Assembly (NCBI GenBank): GCA_944345365.1
Contig: CALVMJ010000001.1
Coordinates: 3,760 to 67,759, forward strand
DNA: 64,000 bases
Source: an uncultured Clostridia bacterium
GTDB taxonomy: Bacteria > Bacillota > Clostridia > Christensenellales > UBA1242
Direction of reading: 5' to 3'
The notes under the pieces are model-generated. The model was not told the DNA's origin. It searched no databases and was given only the letters and a program-made list of their open reading frames with translations. Of this stretch, positions 10,513 to 20,647 are shown one piece after another. Positions within the stretch are counted from its first letter, which is position 1. Each line of letters starts with the position of its first letter. Both the position numbers and the translations under genes were made by a program.

Positions 10513-10956
10513 ATGCAATTAAACAATCTTAAACCTGCACTAGGAGCAACTACAAAAAAGGTCAGAGTTGGCAGAGGTATTGGTAGTGGCATTGGAAAAA
10601 CTAGTGGAAAAGGTCATAAAGGACAAAATGCTCGTAGTGGCGGTGGAGTTAGACCTGGATTTGAGGGAGGAAATATTCCTCTTATAAGAAAAGTTGCAAT
10701 TCGTGGTTTTAACAACAAAAATCACAAAAAAGTTTACGCAACTGTTAATGTTGGAGATCTTGAAGGATTTGAACCAAACACTGTTATTACTGCAGAGCTA
10801 TTATATGAATATCGTGTAATAGGAAAAATGCAACCTTATGGGCTTAAAGTTCTTGGAGATGGAGAATTAACAAAGCCTTTAATAATCAAAGCAAACAAAG
10901 TAACAGCTTCTGCTAGGGAAAAAATTGAAAAAGCTGGTGGAAGAATAGAGGAGTAA
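10513..10956 (+). CDS. rplO: 50S ribosomal protein L15
   Basis: RVGRGIGSGIGKTSGKGHKGQNARSG. Confidence 0.98.
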   Translation: MQLNNLKPALGATTKKVRVGRGIGSGIGKTSGKGHKGQNARSGGGVRPGFEGGNIPLIRKVAIRGFNNKNHKKVYATVNVGDLEGFEPNTVITAELLYEYRVIGKMQPYGLKVLGDGELTKPLIIKANKVTASAREKIEKAGGRIEE

Positions 10957-10958
10957 AA

Positions 10959-12269
10959 ATGTTTAAGACCATTGCAAACGCTTTTAAGGTTAAAGATGTC
11001 AGAAAGAAGATTTTAATAACTCTTCTTCTTCTCTTTATATATAGAATTGGGTGCTGGCTTCCTGTTCCTGGGTTTGATATCGCTCAAATTGGGGCTGATA
11101 TCGAAGGGAATAGTTACAGCATTTTCAGTATTATGAATATGATAAGTGGGGGAGCACTGGCAAATTGTTCGGTGCTTGCACTTGGAGTGTCGCCTTATAT
11201 TACTGCGTCAATCGTGATTCAGTTATTGACGGTTGCAATACCTTCGCTTGAAAGACTGGCTAAGTCTGGCGAAGATGGTAAAAGAAAAATAACATTATAC
11301 ACAAGAATTGCTGCGCTTGTTCTAGCAATAGCACAAGCCGTTGGAATTGTTGTTTCTTATTCTGGGAGCCTTGACACAGAAAACGCTCTTTGGGCAGGAG
11401 CTCCACACTGGCTTATTGCCACAGGAATCGTTATTGTTCTTGTCGCTGGAGGAATCTTTACTGTTTGGCTTGGAGAAAAAATTACCGATCTTGGAATTGG
11501 AAATGGAATGAGTTTGCTTATATTTGTGGGTATATTATCCACAGGAGCAAACGGAATTTTGACTGCTTTACAGGCAGTTGGCAGTGATATCACACAGCTT
11601 TGGACTGTTTTAATATTCTTAGCTGTTATGATTGCAATATTTGCATTAATCGTGTTTGTTGATTGTGCCGAAAGGAGAGTTCCTGTTCAGTATGCAAAGC
11701 AAATTAAGGGAAGAAAAATGTATGGGGGACAAAGCACATACATTCCAATTAAAGTAAATGGCTCTAATGTTATGCCAATAATATTTGCAACTGCACTCAT
11801 AACATTCCCACAATTAATAATAAGCATGTTTTGGCCAGGATCTAGCGCAGAGCAATGGTACCAAAAATGGCTTGGGACAGGGTCGTGGATATATGTTGTT
11901 GTTTTGGCATTATTAATATTTGCATTTGCATTCTTCTATGCTCAGATTATGTTTAACACAGAAGATGTTTCAAAAAGAATTCAACAACAAGGTGGATTTA
12001 TTCCTGGGATCAGACCTGGAAAGCCAACTTCGGAATATTTAAAGAAAATCTCTCGAAGAATAACCTTATTTGGTGCCGTATTCCTTGCATTTATTGCTTT
12101 GATTCCAAGCTTGGCATTTAAAGCTGTTGGTGATTTTGCTTTGGGATCGGTTTTAATTAATGCATTTAGTGCAACAGGACTTATGATTATCGTGTCTGTT
12201 GCCCTTGAACTTGATAAACAACTTGAAGCTCAGATGATAATGAGAACCTATAAAGGATTTTTGGATTAA
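10959..12269 (+). CDS. secY: preprotein translocase SecY
   Basis: ALGVSPYITASIVIQLL, FIPGIRPGKPT, multiple TM helices. Confidence 0.98.
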   Translation: MFKTIANAFKVKDVRKKILITLLLLFIYRIGCWLPVPGFDIAQIGADIEGNSYSIFSIMNMISGGALANCSVLALGVSPYITASIVIQLLTVAIPSLERLAKSGEDGKRKITLYTRIAALVLAIAQAVGIVVSYSGSLDTENALWAGAPHWLIATGIVIVLVAGGIFTVWLGEKITDLGIGNGMSLLIFVGILSTGANGILTALQAVGSDITQLWTVLIFLAVMIAIFALIVFVDCAERRVPVQYAKQIKGRKMYGGQSTYIPIKVNGSNVMPIIFATALITFPQLIISMFWPGSSAEQWYQKWLGTGSWIYVVVLALLIFAFAFFYAQIMFNTEDVSKRIQQQGGFIPGIRPGKPTSEYLKKISRRITLFGAVFLAFIALIPSLAFKAVGDFALGSVLINAFSATGLMIIVSVALELDKQLEAQMIMRTYKGFLD

Positions 12270-12281
12270 TAGGAGATAGAA

Positions 12282-12914
12282 ATGAATTTAATTTTGCTTG
12301 GTGCACCGGGTGCAGGAAAGGGAACTCTTGCTAAAAAAATAGTAAAAGATTACCATATTCCACAAGTTTCGACAGGAGATATTTTAAGAGAAAATATAAA
12401 AAACGAAACTCCTGTCGGAAAATTAGCAAAAGAATTTATTGACAAGGGACAGCTTGTTCCTGATGAGGTTGTCATTGAACTGTTAAAAAACAGATTATCG
12501 CAAGATGACTGTAAGAAAGGTTTTATTCTCGATGGTTTTCCTAGAACGATTGCCCAAGGAAAATCATTAGAAAACATTGCCAATATAGATGGCGTTATAT
12601 TAATCGACCTACCCTTCAATATTATTGAAGAGAGGATAGTAACTAGACGAGTGTGTTCTTCTTGTGGCGAGATTTACAGCACTTCTAGTTATGATAAAAA
12701 TGATTGCAAGAAATGCGGGGCGCCACTTTACCAACGCGATGACGATAAGTTGGAAACCGTAAGGAATCGTCTGGAAGTTTATGATAGACAAACAGCACCA
12801 CTTATAAACTTCTACAGTGATAGGGTGTACAGACTTGACGGAAGTGGTTCGCCGGAAGATGTTTACGCCCGGGCAAAAACTTTTTTAGATGATTTGGAGG
12901 CAAAAAGTGAATAG
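12282..12914 (+). CDS. adk: adenylate kinase
   Basis: GAPGAGKGT P-loop, ILDGFPRT, Cys-type LID. Confidence 0.97.
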   Translation: MNLILLGAPGAGKGTLAKKIVKDYHIPQVSTGDILRENIKNETPVGKLAKEFIDKGQLVPDEVVIELLKNRLSQDDCKKGFILDGFPRTIAQGKSLENIANIDGVILIDLPFNIIEERIVTRRVCSSCGEIYSTSSYDKNDCKKCGAPLYQRDDDKLETVRNRLEVYDRQTAPLINFYSDRVYRLDGSGSPEDVYARAKTFLDDLEAKSE

Positions 12915-13650
12915 TATGACACCTGCTGAGATCGTTTTAATGAAAAAAGCAGGAGAAATAACTCGAGACGCCCTAAACTATGTCAAAACTTTAATAAAGC
13001 CGGGTGTTTCCACTCTTTATCTTGACAAATCTGTAGAAAAGTATATAATTGATCGTGGTGGGATTCCTTCATTCCTAAATTATGACGGTTTTCCAAACAG
13101 TATTTGTGCTTCGGTCAACGACATGGTCGTGCACGGAATACCCTCGGAAGAAATCATTTTAAAGGAAGGGGATATCATTAGTGTTGATGTCGGTGTAATT
13201 TACAAAGGTTACAATGGAGATGCAGCAAGAACTTTTCCTGTTGGGAAAATATCCTCAGAAAAGCAAAGATTGATTAATGTGACAGAAGAATGTTTTTTTG
13301 AGGGCATTAAAAACTTAAAAGTAGGCGAAAGACTTGGCAAATTATCACATGCAATTCAAAAACACGCCGAAAAAAATGGTTACTCTGTTGTTAGAGAGCT
13401 GGTTGGGCACGGGATTGGAAAAAAAATGCACGAGCCACCAAATGTTCCAAACTATGGAAAGGAAAGCGATGGACCTGTGGTTACTAAGAATTCCTGCATT
13501 GCTATTGAGCCTATGATAAACATGGGTAAAAAAGAAATCAGAATGCTTAGTGATGGCTGGGGAATTGTGACAAAAGACGGGTTGCCATCAGCACACTATG
13601 AAAACACTGTTCTTATAACCGAAAATGGTGTTGAAATTTTGACATTATAG
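12907..13650 (+). CDS. map: type I methionine aminopeptidase
   Basis: SVNDMVVHGIP, GHGIG..MHE.P, AIEPMIN, SAHYENT; GTG 12907 follows GGAGG 12896-12900. Confidence 0.95.
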   Translation: MNSMTPAEIVLMKKAGEITRDALNYVKTLIKPGVSTLYLDKSVEKYIIDRGGIPSFLNYDGFPNSICASVNDMVVHGIPSEEIILKEGDIISVDVGVIYKGYNGDAARTFPVGKISSEKQRLINVTEECFFEGIKNLKVGERLGKLSHAIQKHAEKNGYSVVRELVGHGIGKKMHEPPNVPNYGKESDGPVVTKNSCIAIEPMINMGKKEIRMLSDGWGIVTKDGLPSAHYENTVLITENGVEILTL

Positions 13651-13658
13651 GAGACTAT

Positions 13659-13904
13659 ATGGAAAAGGGATTTGTAGTGAAGGCGATAGCTGGCAAGGAA
13701 AAGAACCAAGTTTTTGTTGTAGTAGATGTAAATGATAAGTTCGTATTTATAGCCGACGGTAAAAGGCTTAGAGTTAACAAGCCAAAAAAGAAAAGTGTTA
13801 AACATATTCAAAAAGTTAGCACTAAAAAGTTTTCTGAAGATGAGCTTTTAGTGAAAGACGAAAAGGTTAATGCTTCTATAAGAAAATTTTTAAAAAATCT
13901 GTAA
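13659..13904 (+). CDS. KOW-motif / L14e-like RNA-binding protein
   Basis: [15 protein letters not shown]...PKKKSVKH; usual map-infA position. Confidence 0.85.
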   Translation: MEKGFVVKAIAGKEKNQVFVVVDVNDKFVFIADGKRLRVNKPKKKSVKHIQKVSTKKFSEDELLVKDEKVNASIRKFLKNL

Positions 13905-13915
13905 AGGAGGATGAT

Positions 13916-14137
13916 ATGTCAAAAGAAGATGTTATTGAATTTGAAGGGGTTGTTGAGGAAGTTCTTCCAAACAGCACATTCAAAGTGCGTCTTGCAAATG
14001 GTCATGTCATAACTACTTATATCTCCGGAAAATTAAGAGTGCATTGCATCAGAATTATCGAAGGAGATAAAGTCAAAGTCGAAATGAGCCCTTATGATCT
14101 TACTAAGGGCAGAATAACCTGGAGAGAAAAGGGTTAA
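13916..14137 (+). CDS. infA: translation initiation factor IF-1
   Basis: [28 protein letters not shown]. Confidence 0.98.
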   Translation: MSKEDVIEFEGVVEEVLPNSTFKVRLANGHVITTYISGKLRVHCIRIIEGDKVKVEMSPYDLTKGRITWREKG

Positions 14138-14151
14138 CAAGGAGATAAATC

Positions 14152-14268
14152 ATGAAAGTAAGAGCATCCGTAAAACCTATGTGTGATAAATGCAAGGTAA
14201 TTAAAAGAGACGGAAAAGTTATGGTTATTTGCCCTAAGAGTGCTAAACACAAACAAACTCAGGGTTAA
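14152..14268 (+). CDS. rpmJ: 50S ribosomal protein L36 (not in ORF track)
   Basis: Hand translation [38 protein letters not shown]. Confidence 0.97.
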   Translation: MKVRASVKPMCDKCKVIKRDGKVMVICPKSAKHKQTQG

Positions 14269-14295
14269 AATTTCAATTAAATGGAGGAAAATTAA

Positions 14296-14673
14296 ATGGC
14301 AAGAATTGCTGGTGTAGACCTACCAAGAGAAAAAAGACTTGAAATAGGACTTACCTATATTTATGGAATTGGAAGAGCTGTTTCCAACAAAATTTGTGAA
14401 GCTACTAATATTAGCGCAGACATCAGAGTTAAAGATTTGACCGATGATCAAGTTGCTAAACTTCGTAATTACATCGAACACAATGTAATTGTTGAAGGAG
14501 ATTTAAGAAAAAAGGTAAGCTTAGATATCAAAAAGCTTAGTGAAATCGGATGTTATCGTGGAATTCGTCATCGTAAAGGTCTTCCTGTAAGAGGACAAAA
14601 CACGAGAAACAATGCAAGAACTAGAAAGGGACCAAAGAAGGTGGTTGCTGGAAGTTCTAAGAAAGGATCATAA
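14296..14673 (+). CDS. rpsM: 30S ribosomal protein S13
   Basis: [27 protein letters not shown]. Confidence 0.98.
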   Translation: MARIAGVDLPREKRLEIGLTYIYGIGRAVSNKICEATNISADIRVKDLTDDQVAKLRNYIEHNVIVEGDLRKKVSLDIKKLSEIGCYRGIRHRKGLPVRGQNTRNNARTRKGPKKVVAGSSKKGS

Positions 14674-14684
14674 GGAGAAAGACC

Positions 14685-15089
14685 ATGGCAGTTAAAAATA
14701 CAAAGAAAACAGGAACAAAAACAAGAAAAAGAGTTTCTAAAAACATTTCTAATGGACAAGTTCATATTAAGACATCTTTTAATAACACAATTGTGACCTT
14801 CTCTGATTGTGATGGAAATGTTTTATCATGGTGTAGCTCTGGTAAATTAGGCCTTAAAGGTTCAAAAAAGAGCACTCCTTTTGCAGCTCAAACTTGCGTT
14901 GAAGAAGCTGCAAAAATTGCAAAAGAACATGGAATTTTAAATGTAGAAGTTTACGTTAAAGGACCTGGTAGTGGCAGAGAGGCTGCTATTAGATCTCTTG
15001 CTAACTGTGAGCTTAATGTAACACTTATCAAGGACGTATCTCCAATCGCTCATAACGGTTGCAGACCTCCTAAGGTAAGAAGAATATAA
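14685..15089 (+). CDS. rpsK: 30S ribosomal protein S11
   Basis: [25 protein letters not shown]. Confidence 0.98.
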   Translation: MAVKNTKKTGTKTRKRVSKNISNGQVHIKTSFNNTIVTFSDCDGNVLSWCSSGKLGLKGSKKSTPFAAQTCVEEAAKIAKEHGILNVEVYVKGPGSGREAAIRSLANCELNVTLIKDVSPIAHNGCRPPKVRRI

Positions 15090-15107
15090 GGTTAAAAGGA
15101 GAAAACA

Positions 15108-15734
15108 ATGGCAAGAACTATTGAACCAGACTGCCGTCAGTGCAGGCGTGAAGGTGTGAAACTTTACCTTAAAGGCGAAAGATGTACTTCTAAAAAATGT
15201 GCTATGGAAAGAAGGCCAGTTATTCCTGGACAACATGGTGCAACAAAGAGAAGAGTTACATTTACTGAATATGGAACACAGCTTCGTGAAAAACAAAAAA
15301 TTAAAAGAATTTACGGACTTCTTGAAAATCAAATGAGAAGTTACTACGAGGAAGCAGAACGCATGAAGGGTGTTACCGGTGCAAATATGCTTTCACTTAT
15401 TGAAAGAAGACTTGACAATGTTGTTTATCGTATGGGCATTGGAGCAAGCAGATCTCAAAGTCGTCAAATGGTAAACCATGGGCTTATTGCTGTTAATGGG
15501 AGAAAGCTTGATATTCCTTCCTATCTTGTTAAGGTTGGTGATGTTATCTCTATAAGAGAAAACAAACTTGATAAAGAACCAATTAAAGCTCTTAAAGGAA
15601 TGAAAATTGTTATGCCAAAATGGCTTGAATTTAATACCGAAAATCTTACAGGAAAGATACTTGCTCTTCCTGTTAGAGAAGATGTAGATGCTGATATTAA
15701 AGAACAACTTGTTATTGAGTTGTATTCAAGATAA
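15108..15734 (+). CDS. rpsD: 30S ribosomal protein S4
   Basis: QLREKQK, ERRLDNVVYRMG, IELYSR. Confidence 0.98.
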   Translation: MARTIEPDCRQCRREGVKLYLKGERCTSKKCAMERRPVIPGQHGATKRRVTFTEYGTQLREKQKIKRIYGLLENQMRSYYEEAERMKGVTGANMLSLIERRLDNVVYRMGIGASRSQSRQMVNHGLIAVNGRKLDIPSYLVKVGDVISIRENKLDKEPIKALKGMKIVMPKWLEFNTENLTGKILALPVREDVDADIKEQLVIELYSR

Positions 15735-15749
15735 CGGAGGGGAAAGATT

Positions 15750-16703
15750 ATGATGGAAATGGAAAAACCAAAAATTACTTGTGAGGAATCTGAAAACAAA
15801 TGTTTTGCAAGATTTATTGTTGAGCCTCTTGAAAAAGGGTATGGAATAACTCTTGGTAACTGCATGAGAAGAACTCTTCTTTCAGGATTACCTGGAACTG
15901 CTCCAATAGCAGTTAGAATTGCCGGTGTTCCACACGAATTTTCAAGCATCAGAGGGGTTGTTGAAGACGTTGTTGATATCGTTTTAAATTTAAAAGAACT
16001 TGCCCTTAAAAGCACAAACAAATCAAAGGATTTTGTTTCATATTTAAGAATAAGAAGAAACACTCCAGGAGAAGTTAAAGCAAAAGATCTAGAACACACA
16101 GATGAAATCGAAATCTTAAATCCAGAGCTTCATATTTGCACAATGGACGAAGGTGCTGTGCTTGATATGGATATTATGGTTGGAAATGGCAGGGGATATA
16201 TTTCTAATGTCGAGAACAAAGAAAAGTTTAATGATATAGATTTTATTGCTATGGATTCAATCTTTTCTCCTGTTAAAAAGGTTAATTTTAGTGTTGAGAG
16301 TGCCAGAGTTGGACAAGATGTCAACTTTGATAAGCTTGTTTTAGAAGTGGAAACAAACGGAACTGTTGACGCAAGTGAACTCGTTAGTCTTTCTGGAAAA
16401 ATCTTAGTGGAACATATCAATTTGTTTGTTGATTTGTGTGACCAAATTAGCAATTCTGAAATTTTAATCGCAAAAGAAGAGGATAAGCAAGTTAAATTGA
16501 TGGAGCTTCCTATCGAGGAAATGGATCTTTCTGTTCGTTCATACAACTGCTTGAAAAGAGCGGGGATAAATACAGTTGAAGATCTTGTTAAAAAATCAAG
16601 AGCTGATATGTTAAAGGTTAAGAACCTTGGCATTAAATCAATAGAAGAAGTTATTCAAAAAGTTGAAAGCTATGGCCTTTCACTTAGAAAAGATGAAGAA
16701 TAA
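15750..16703 (+). CDS. rpoA: RNA polymerase alpha subunit
   Basis: EPLEKGYGITLGN, LSVRSYNCLKRAGI. Confidence 0.98.
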   Translation: MMEMEKPKITCEESENKCFARFIVEPLEKGYGITLGNCMRRTLLSGLPGTAPIAVRIAGVPHEFSSIRGVVEDVVDIVLNLKELALKSTNKSKDFVSYLRIRRNTPGEVKAKDLEHTDEIEILNPELHICTMDEGAVLDMDIMVGNGRGYISNVENKEKFNDIDFIAMDSIFSPVKKVNFSVESARVGQDVNFDKLVLEVETNGTVDASELVSLSGKILVEHINLFVDLCDQISNSEILIAKEEDKQVKLMELPIEEMDLSVRSYNCLKRAGINTVEDLVKKSRADMLKVKNLGIKSIEEVIQKVESYGLSLRKDEE

Positions 16704-16720
16704 TTTAAAAGGAGAGAAAA

Positions 16721-17230
16721 ATGGCTAATGACAAATTAGGTAGGCCTTCTAAGGAAAGAAAGGCAATTTTAAGAAATCAAGTGAGCTATCTTTTCTGGAA
16801 CGGAAAAATTGAAACTACTGTTCAGAAAGCAAAATCAGTTAGAAGAATTGCTGAGAAACTTTTAACATGTGCAATTAACTCCTATGAAGACACAGTTAAG
16901 GTTGAAAAGGAGATAAAAGATTCTAAAGGTGTGAAAGTTAAAACAGAAGTTATCAATGACGGCCCAAAGAAATTGCAGGCAAGAAGAAAACTTATGTCAT
17001 ACCTTTATGATATTCAAGAACAAAGAGGTGAGAAAGAAAGCAAGGAATCTTTCTTGGCAAGGACAAGTGGAATTAATCACCCATTAATTGAAAAAGTTTT
17101 TAATGTATATGCACCTAAATATGCAGAAAGAGCAAAGAAACTTGGTCAAGGTGGAGGATACACAAGAATTCTTAAACTTGGAAAGAGAAGAGGTGATGCT
17201 GCTGAGATGGCAATTATTGAATTAATATAA
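16721..17230 (+). CDS. rplQ: 50S ribosomal protein L17 (long form)
   Basis: KIETT..KAK, GGYTRILK.G.RRGDAAEMAIIEL. Confidence 0.96.
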   Translation: MANDKLGRPSKERKAILRNQVSYLFWNGKIETTVQKAKSVRRIAEKLLTCAINSYEDTVKVEKEIKDSKGVKVKTEVINDGPKKLQARRKLMSYLYDIQEQRGEKESKESFLARTSGINHPLIEKVFNVYAPKYAERAKKLGQGGGYTRILKLGKRRGDAAEMAIIELI

Positions 17231-17257
17231 AAAATCCTATTTAATAGGATTTTTTTT
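17229..17257 (+). terminator. intrinsic terminator ending the ribosomal superoperon
   Basis: AAAAATCCTAT-TTA-ATAGGATTTTTTTT. Confidence 0.85.
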
Positions 17258-17452
17258 ATGAAGAATATATAATTTTTTTTGATAAATAAATAAAATTATT
17301 CTTTAAAATAAAATATTTAATTACAAATCAGTAAAAATTCAATAAAGAATTGATTTAAAAACTAGCAGGCAAGAGGTTTTTGTTTTGATTTTTAATTGAT
17401 TTTTTTTATTATATTTTTTCATTTGGTTAAGCCCAAATTATATATTAAAAGA

Positions 17453-18313
17453 TTATTTTAAATGTATTATTTCTTCGTTAAACTCATATCCTTCCTCTTT
17501 CGCTAAAATTTTGATTATATGTATTAACTTTAATACATCTTTTGATGTTGCATTTCCAAGGTTAACAATAAAACCAGCGTGTTTCTTTGAAATTTGTGCC
17601 TCTCCCAAAGTTAAGCCTTTAAGACCAAAATCGTCTATAATTTTTGCCGGCAAGAAGTTATTTCTTTTAAATACGCTTCCTGCTGATGGTAAGTCATAGG
17701 GCTGAGTTTGTCTTCTTTTTGTTAAAAAGGAAGACATTTTAGCCTTGATTTCATCTTTTTCGCCTTCTTTTAATTTTAGTTTTCCTGAAAGGATTATTTC
17801 ATCGGTTAAAAATGAATTTCGATACGAAAAATTTATTTTTTTTATTTTTTTTATTTTACCATTTTTTAAAACTGTTATTTCGCACAAAAAATCACCAACA
17901 CATTTCTCAAAAGCTCCGGCGTTCATTTTTACGCTTCCTCCAAAACTTGCAGGTATTCCATAGCTCCATTCAAATCCAGAAATACTATTATTTGCTAAAA
18001 ACTGATTTAATCTAAAAAGATTTACCCCTGCTTCAACACAGACAAAGGCGTTTTGACCTTGTTTTTCTAAAGAAATTTTATTAAGCTCTTTTAAACTTAT
18101 TATAACCCCATTATAACCTTTGTCATCGACTAATAAATTGCTTCCGTTTCCCAGGATAAAGTAGGGTAAATTTTTTGATTTTGCAAATTTGATAGACTCT
18201 AAAATTTGTTGAACATTTTTGGGAATGATAAAAAACTTTGCATTTCCCCCGATTTTAAAGGTGGTGTGTTTTTTCATATCTTCATTTTCTTGGATTTTTA
18301 GATTATATTTCAT
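17453..18313 (-). CDS. murB: UDP-N-acetylmuramate dehydrogenase
   Basis: HTTFKIGG, LGNGSNLL, GIPASFGG..KMNAGA, PSAGSVFK. Confidence 0.95.
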   Translation of the reverse strand: MKYNLKIQENEDMKKHTTFKIGGNAKFFIIPKNVQQILESIKFAKSKNLPYFILGNGSNLLVDDKGYNGVIISLKELNKISLEKQGQNAFVCVEAGVNLFRLNQFLANNSISGFEWSYGIPASFGGSVKMNAGAFEKCVGDFLCEITVLKNGKIKKIKKINFSYRNSFLTDEIILSGKLKLKEGEKDEIKAKMSSFLTKRRQTQPYDLPSAGSVFKRNNFLPAKIIDDFGLKGLTLGEAQISKKHAGFIVNLGNATSKDVLKLIHIIKILAKEEGYEFNEEIIHLK

Positions 18314-18416
18314 ATTTTCTTATATGAAAATTTATCTTAAACAGTGTTTGTTTTAAAAAAGATTAATTATTCTTTGCAATAAATGCTGTTTGTGTTAAAA
18401 TAAAAGCGAGGTGTTT

Positions 18417-18848
18417 ATGAAGCTTGTTGTTCAAAGAGTAAAAAGTGCTTGCTTAAAGGTTGAGGGAGAGGAGATTTCAAAGATAAAAGAAGGCCTTGTG
18501 GTATATGTCGGTTTTGCAAAGGACGAAAAGATTGAAAGCCTTGAATTTTTTGCAAAAAAAATTGTGAATTTAAGGATTTTTGAGGATAATAACAATAAAA
18601 TGAACTTGTCTGTGAAAGATATTTCTGGTGAGATTTTATTGGTATCACAGTTTACCCTTCTCGCAGATACTTCTCACGGGAATAGGCCAAGTTTTTTTGA
18701 AGCAGAATTGCCACAAAAAGCAAAGGAGTTATATGATAAATTTGCAGAGTTAATTTCAGCACAAGGGGTTAATGTGAGTATGGGCGTTTTTGGTGCGTGT
18801 ATGCAAATTTATCAACATAATGACGGACCTGTCACGATTGTTTTTTAA
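18417..18848 (+). CDS. dtd: D-aminoacyl-tRNA deacylase
   Basis: VVQRV, SQFTL, GNRPSF, NDGPVT. Confidence 0.95.
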   Translation: MKLVVQRVKSACLKVEGEEISKIKEGLVVYVGFAKDEKIESLEFFAKKIVNLRIFEDNNNKMNLSVKDISGEILLVSQFTLLADTSHGNRPSFFEAELPQKAKELYDKFAELISAQGVNVSMGVFGACMQIYQHNDGPVTIVF

Positions 18849-18854
18849 AAAATA

Positions 18855-18883
18855 TTGCAAAATATTTTTCAAATTGTTATACT
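18855..18883 (+). promoter_or_regulatory. sigma-A promoter of PHP-whiA-dnaE
   Basis: TTGCAA, 17 bp, TATACT with TG extension. Confidence 0.6.
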
Positions 18884-18904
18884 TAAATTATTAGGAGAGA
18901 TTGT

Positions 18905-19666
18905 ATGATTATTTTAGGAGATTATCACACTCACACAAAATATTCTAGAAATGGCCACGGAAAGGGAACAATTTTAGAAAATGCAAGCGTTGCAGCTAAT
19001 AAAGGATTAAAGCAAATCGCTATTACAGATCATGGCTTTAATCATTGGCTTTTTGGGGTTAGAAGAAAAGAATTGCCGGAAATCAGGGAAGAAATTCTAA
19101 ACGCAAAGGAAGTTTCTGGCGTGGATATTTTATTAGGTGTTGAAGCCAACCTTATCTCATTGAACGGTGATATTGATTTAAGAGAACAAGACTATGAAAG
19201 TTTGGATATTATTTTAATGGGGCATCATAATCTTATAAGGCATGAAACATTTAAGGATTGCATGAAGTTGGGTTTAGCTAACATATTGGGAGGAGCATTT
19301 TCTCCAAGCAAAGACAGGATTAATCGCAATACAACAGCTTTTTTAAAGGCTATTGACAAAAATCCCATCGATATAATAACTCATCTTAACTATGGTTGCC
19401 CTACTGATACACTGGCTGTTGCAAAAATGGCTAAGCAAAAGGGGGTTTTGGTTGAACTTAATGGAAAAAGGATAAATTTTAGCGATAAGGAACTTGAAAT
19501 TATGGCAAGTGAGGGTGTTAAATTTATTATTAATTCCGATGCGCATTCTCCAGAAAGAGTTGGAGAGGTGAACCGTGCTGTAAATAAAATTTTTCAGTTA
19601 AATATTCCTATATCTCTTGTCGTAAACCTTGATAAACTTCCAAAATTTAACAAAAAGAGGAATTAA
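18905..19666 (+). CDS. PHP-domain phosphoesterase
   Basis: DYHTHT, ITDHG, NSDAH metal ligands. Confidence 0.9.
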   Translation: MIILGDYHTHTKYSRNGHGKGTILENASVAANKGLKQIAITDHGFNHWLFGVRRKELPEIREEILNAKEVSGVDILLGVEANLISLNGDIDLREQDYESLDIILMGHHNLIRHETFKDCMKLGLANILGGAFSPSKDRINRNTTAFLKAIDKNPIDIITHLNYGCPTDTLAVAKMAKQKGVLVELNGKRINFSDKELEIMASEGVKFIINSDAHSPERVGEVNRAVNKIFQLNIPISLVVNLDKLPKFNKKRN

Positions 19667-20637
19667 TGAGTTTTTCAAAAGAAAGCAAGCTTGATATTTT
19701 AGGTAATGTTGTGCCAGAGAACGACTGTTGCATGCTTTCTTTTTTGTCGGGATTATTTCATTCGTGTGGAGAAATTGTTAAAAGCCAAGGTATTATTGTT
19801 GCTAGTTTTGTAACAGATATAAAAGAGCTTTTTGAATATTTAAACAAGATTACCCAAAGATTATATGGAGAAAAGCTTGATATTCAAATTAATGATGATT
19901 ATGTTATTAACAAAACTACATATTACAGAATCAACTTTCCAAAATCAATTTCGGGAGAGGTGCTTAAAGATATTGGTGTGCTAAATCTTTCGCAAGGGGG
20001 ATTTGAAATTAATTGGTCTAGTGATAAAAATGTTGTTATGCAAGATTGTTGCAAAAAGTGGTACATAACCGGCGCGTACATTGGCGCAAGCACTTCGAGT
20101 ATTAGACTCTCTGGCGAGGAAGAATGGAAAAAGACTACCTCGGGATATCACATAGAATTTACTTCTCACAGTCATGAATTTTTAACAGATCTAGCCAATA
20201 TTTTGGCAGAATTTGGCATTTTTTCTAAATTAGCCCAAAGAAAAAACATCTTTGTTCTTTATGTGAAAGAAGCTGAATTAATTAAAGACTTATTGGCTCT
20301 TGTTGGAGCAAACAACAGTGCGCTTGCTCTTTCTAATGAAATCATTACAAGAGAAAGAAGGAATCAAGTTAATCGTGAGGTTAACTGTATTAACGCAAAC
20401 ATTAATAAAACTGTCAGTGCAAGTATGCGTCAAGTTGAGGCGATCAACACAATTAATCAAATTATAGGTATTGATTCATTAGGGGAAGATTTGCAAGAAG
20501 TAGCGATGTTAAGGCTGGCAAACAAAGAGGAAAGTTTGGAAGAACTTTTACAACTATCTACAATAAAACTTACGAAAAGTGGATTAAATCATCGACTGAA
20601 AAAGCTTGAAAAAATTGCTAAAGAACTTAAATCATAA
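19666..20637 (+). CDS. whiA: DNA-binding protein WhiA
   Basis: GYHIEF, RNQVNREVNC..AN..KT, SGLNHRLKKL HTH. Confidence 0.92.
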   Translation: MSFSKESKLDILGNVVPENDCCMLSFLSGLFHSCGEIVKSQGIIVASFVTDIKELFEYLNKITQRLYGEKLDIQINDDYVINKTTYYRINFPKSISGEVLKDIGVLNLSQGGFEINWSSDKNVVMQDCCKKWYITGAYIGASTSSIRLSGEEEWKKTTSGYHIEFTSHSHEFLTDLANILAEFGIFSKLAQRKNIFVLYVKEAELIKDLLALVGANNSALALSNEIITRERRNQVNREVNCINANINKTVSASMRQVEAINTINQIIGIDSLGEDLQEVAMLRLANKEESLEELLQLSTIKLTKSGLNHRLKKLEKIAKELKS

Positions 20638-20647
20638 GGAGAAAAAA

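Noticed and set aside
16880-17110. Long insertion in L17
   Set aside because: Long L17 forms with an internal insertion are familiar from clostridial lineages
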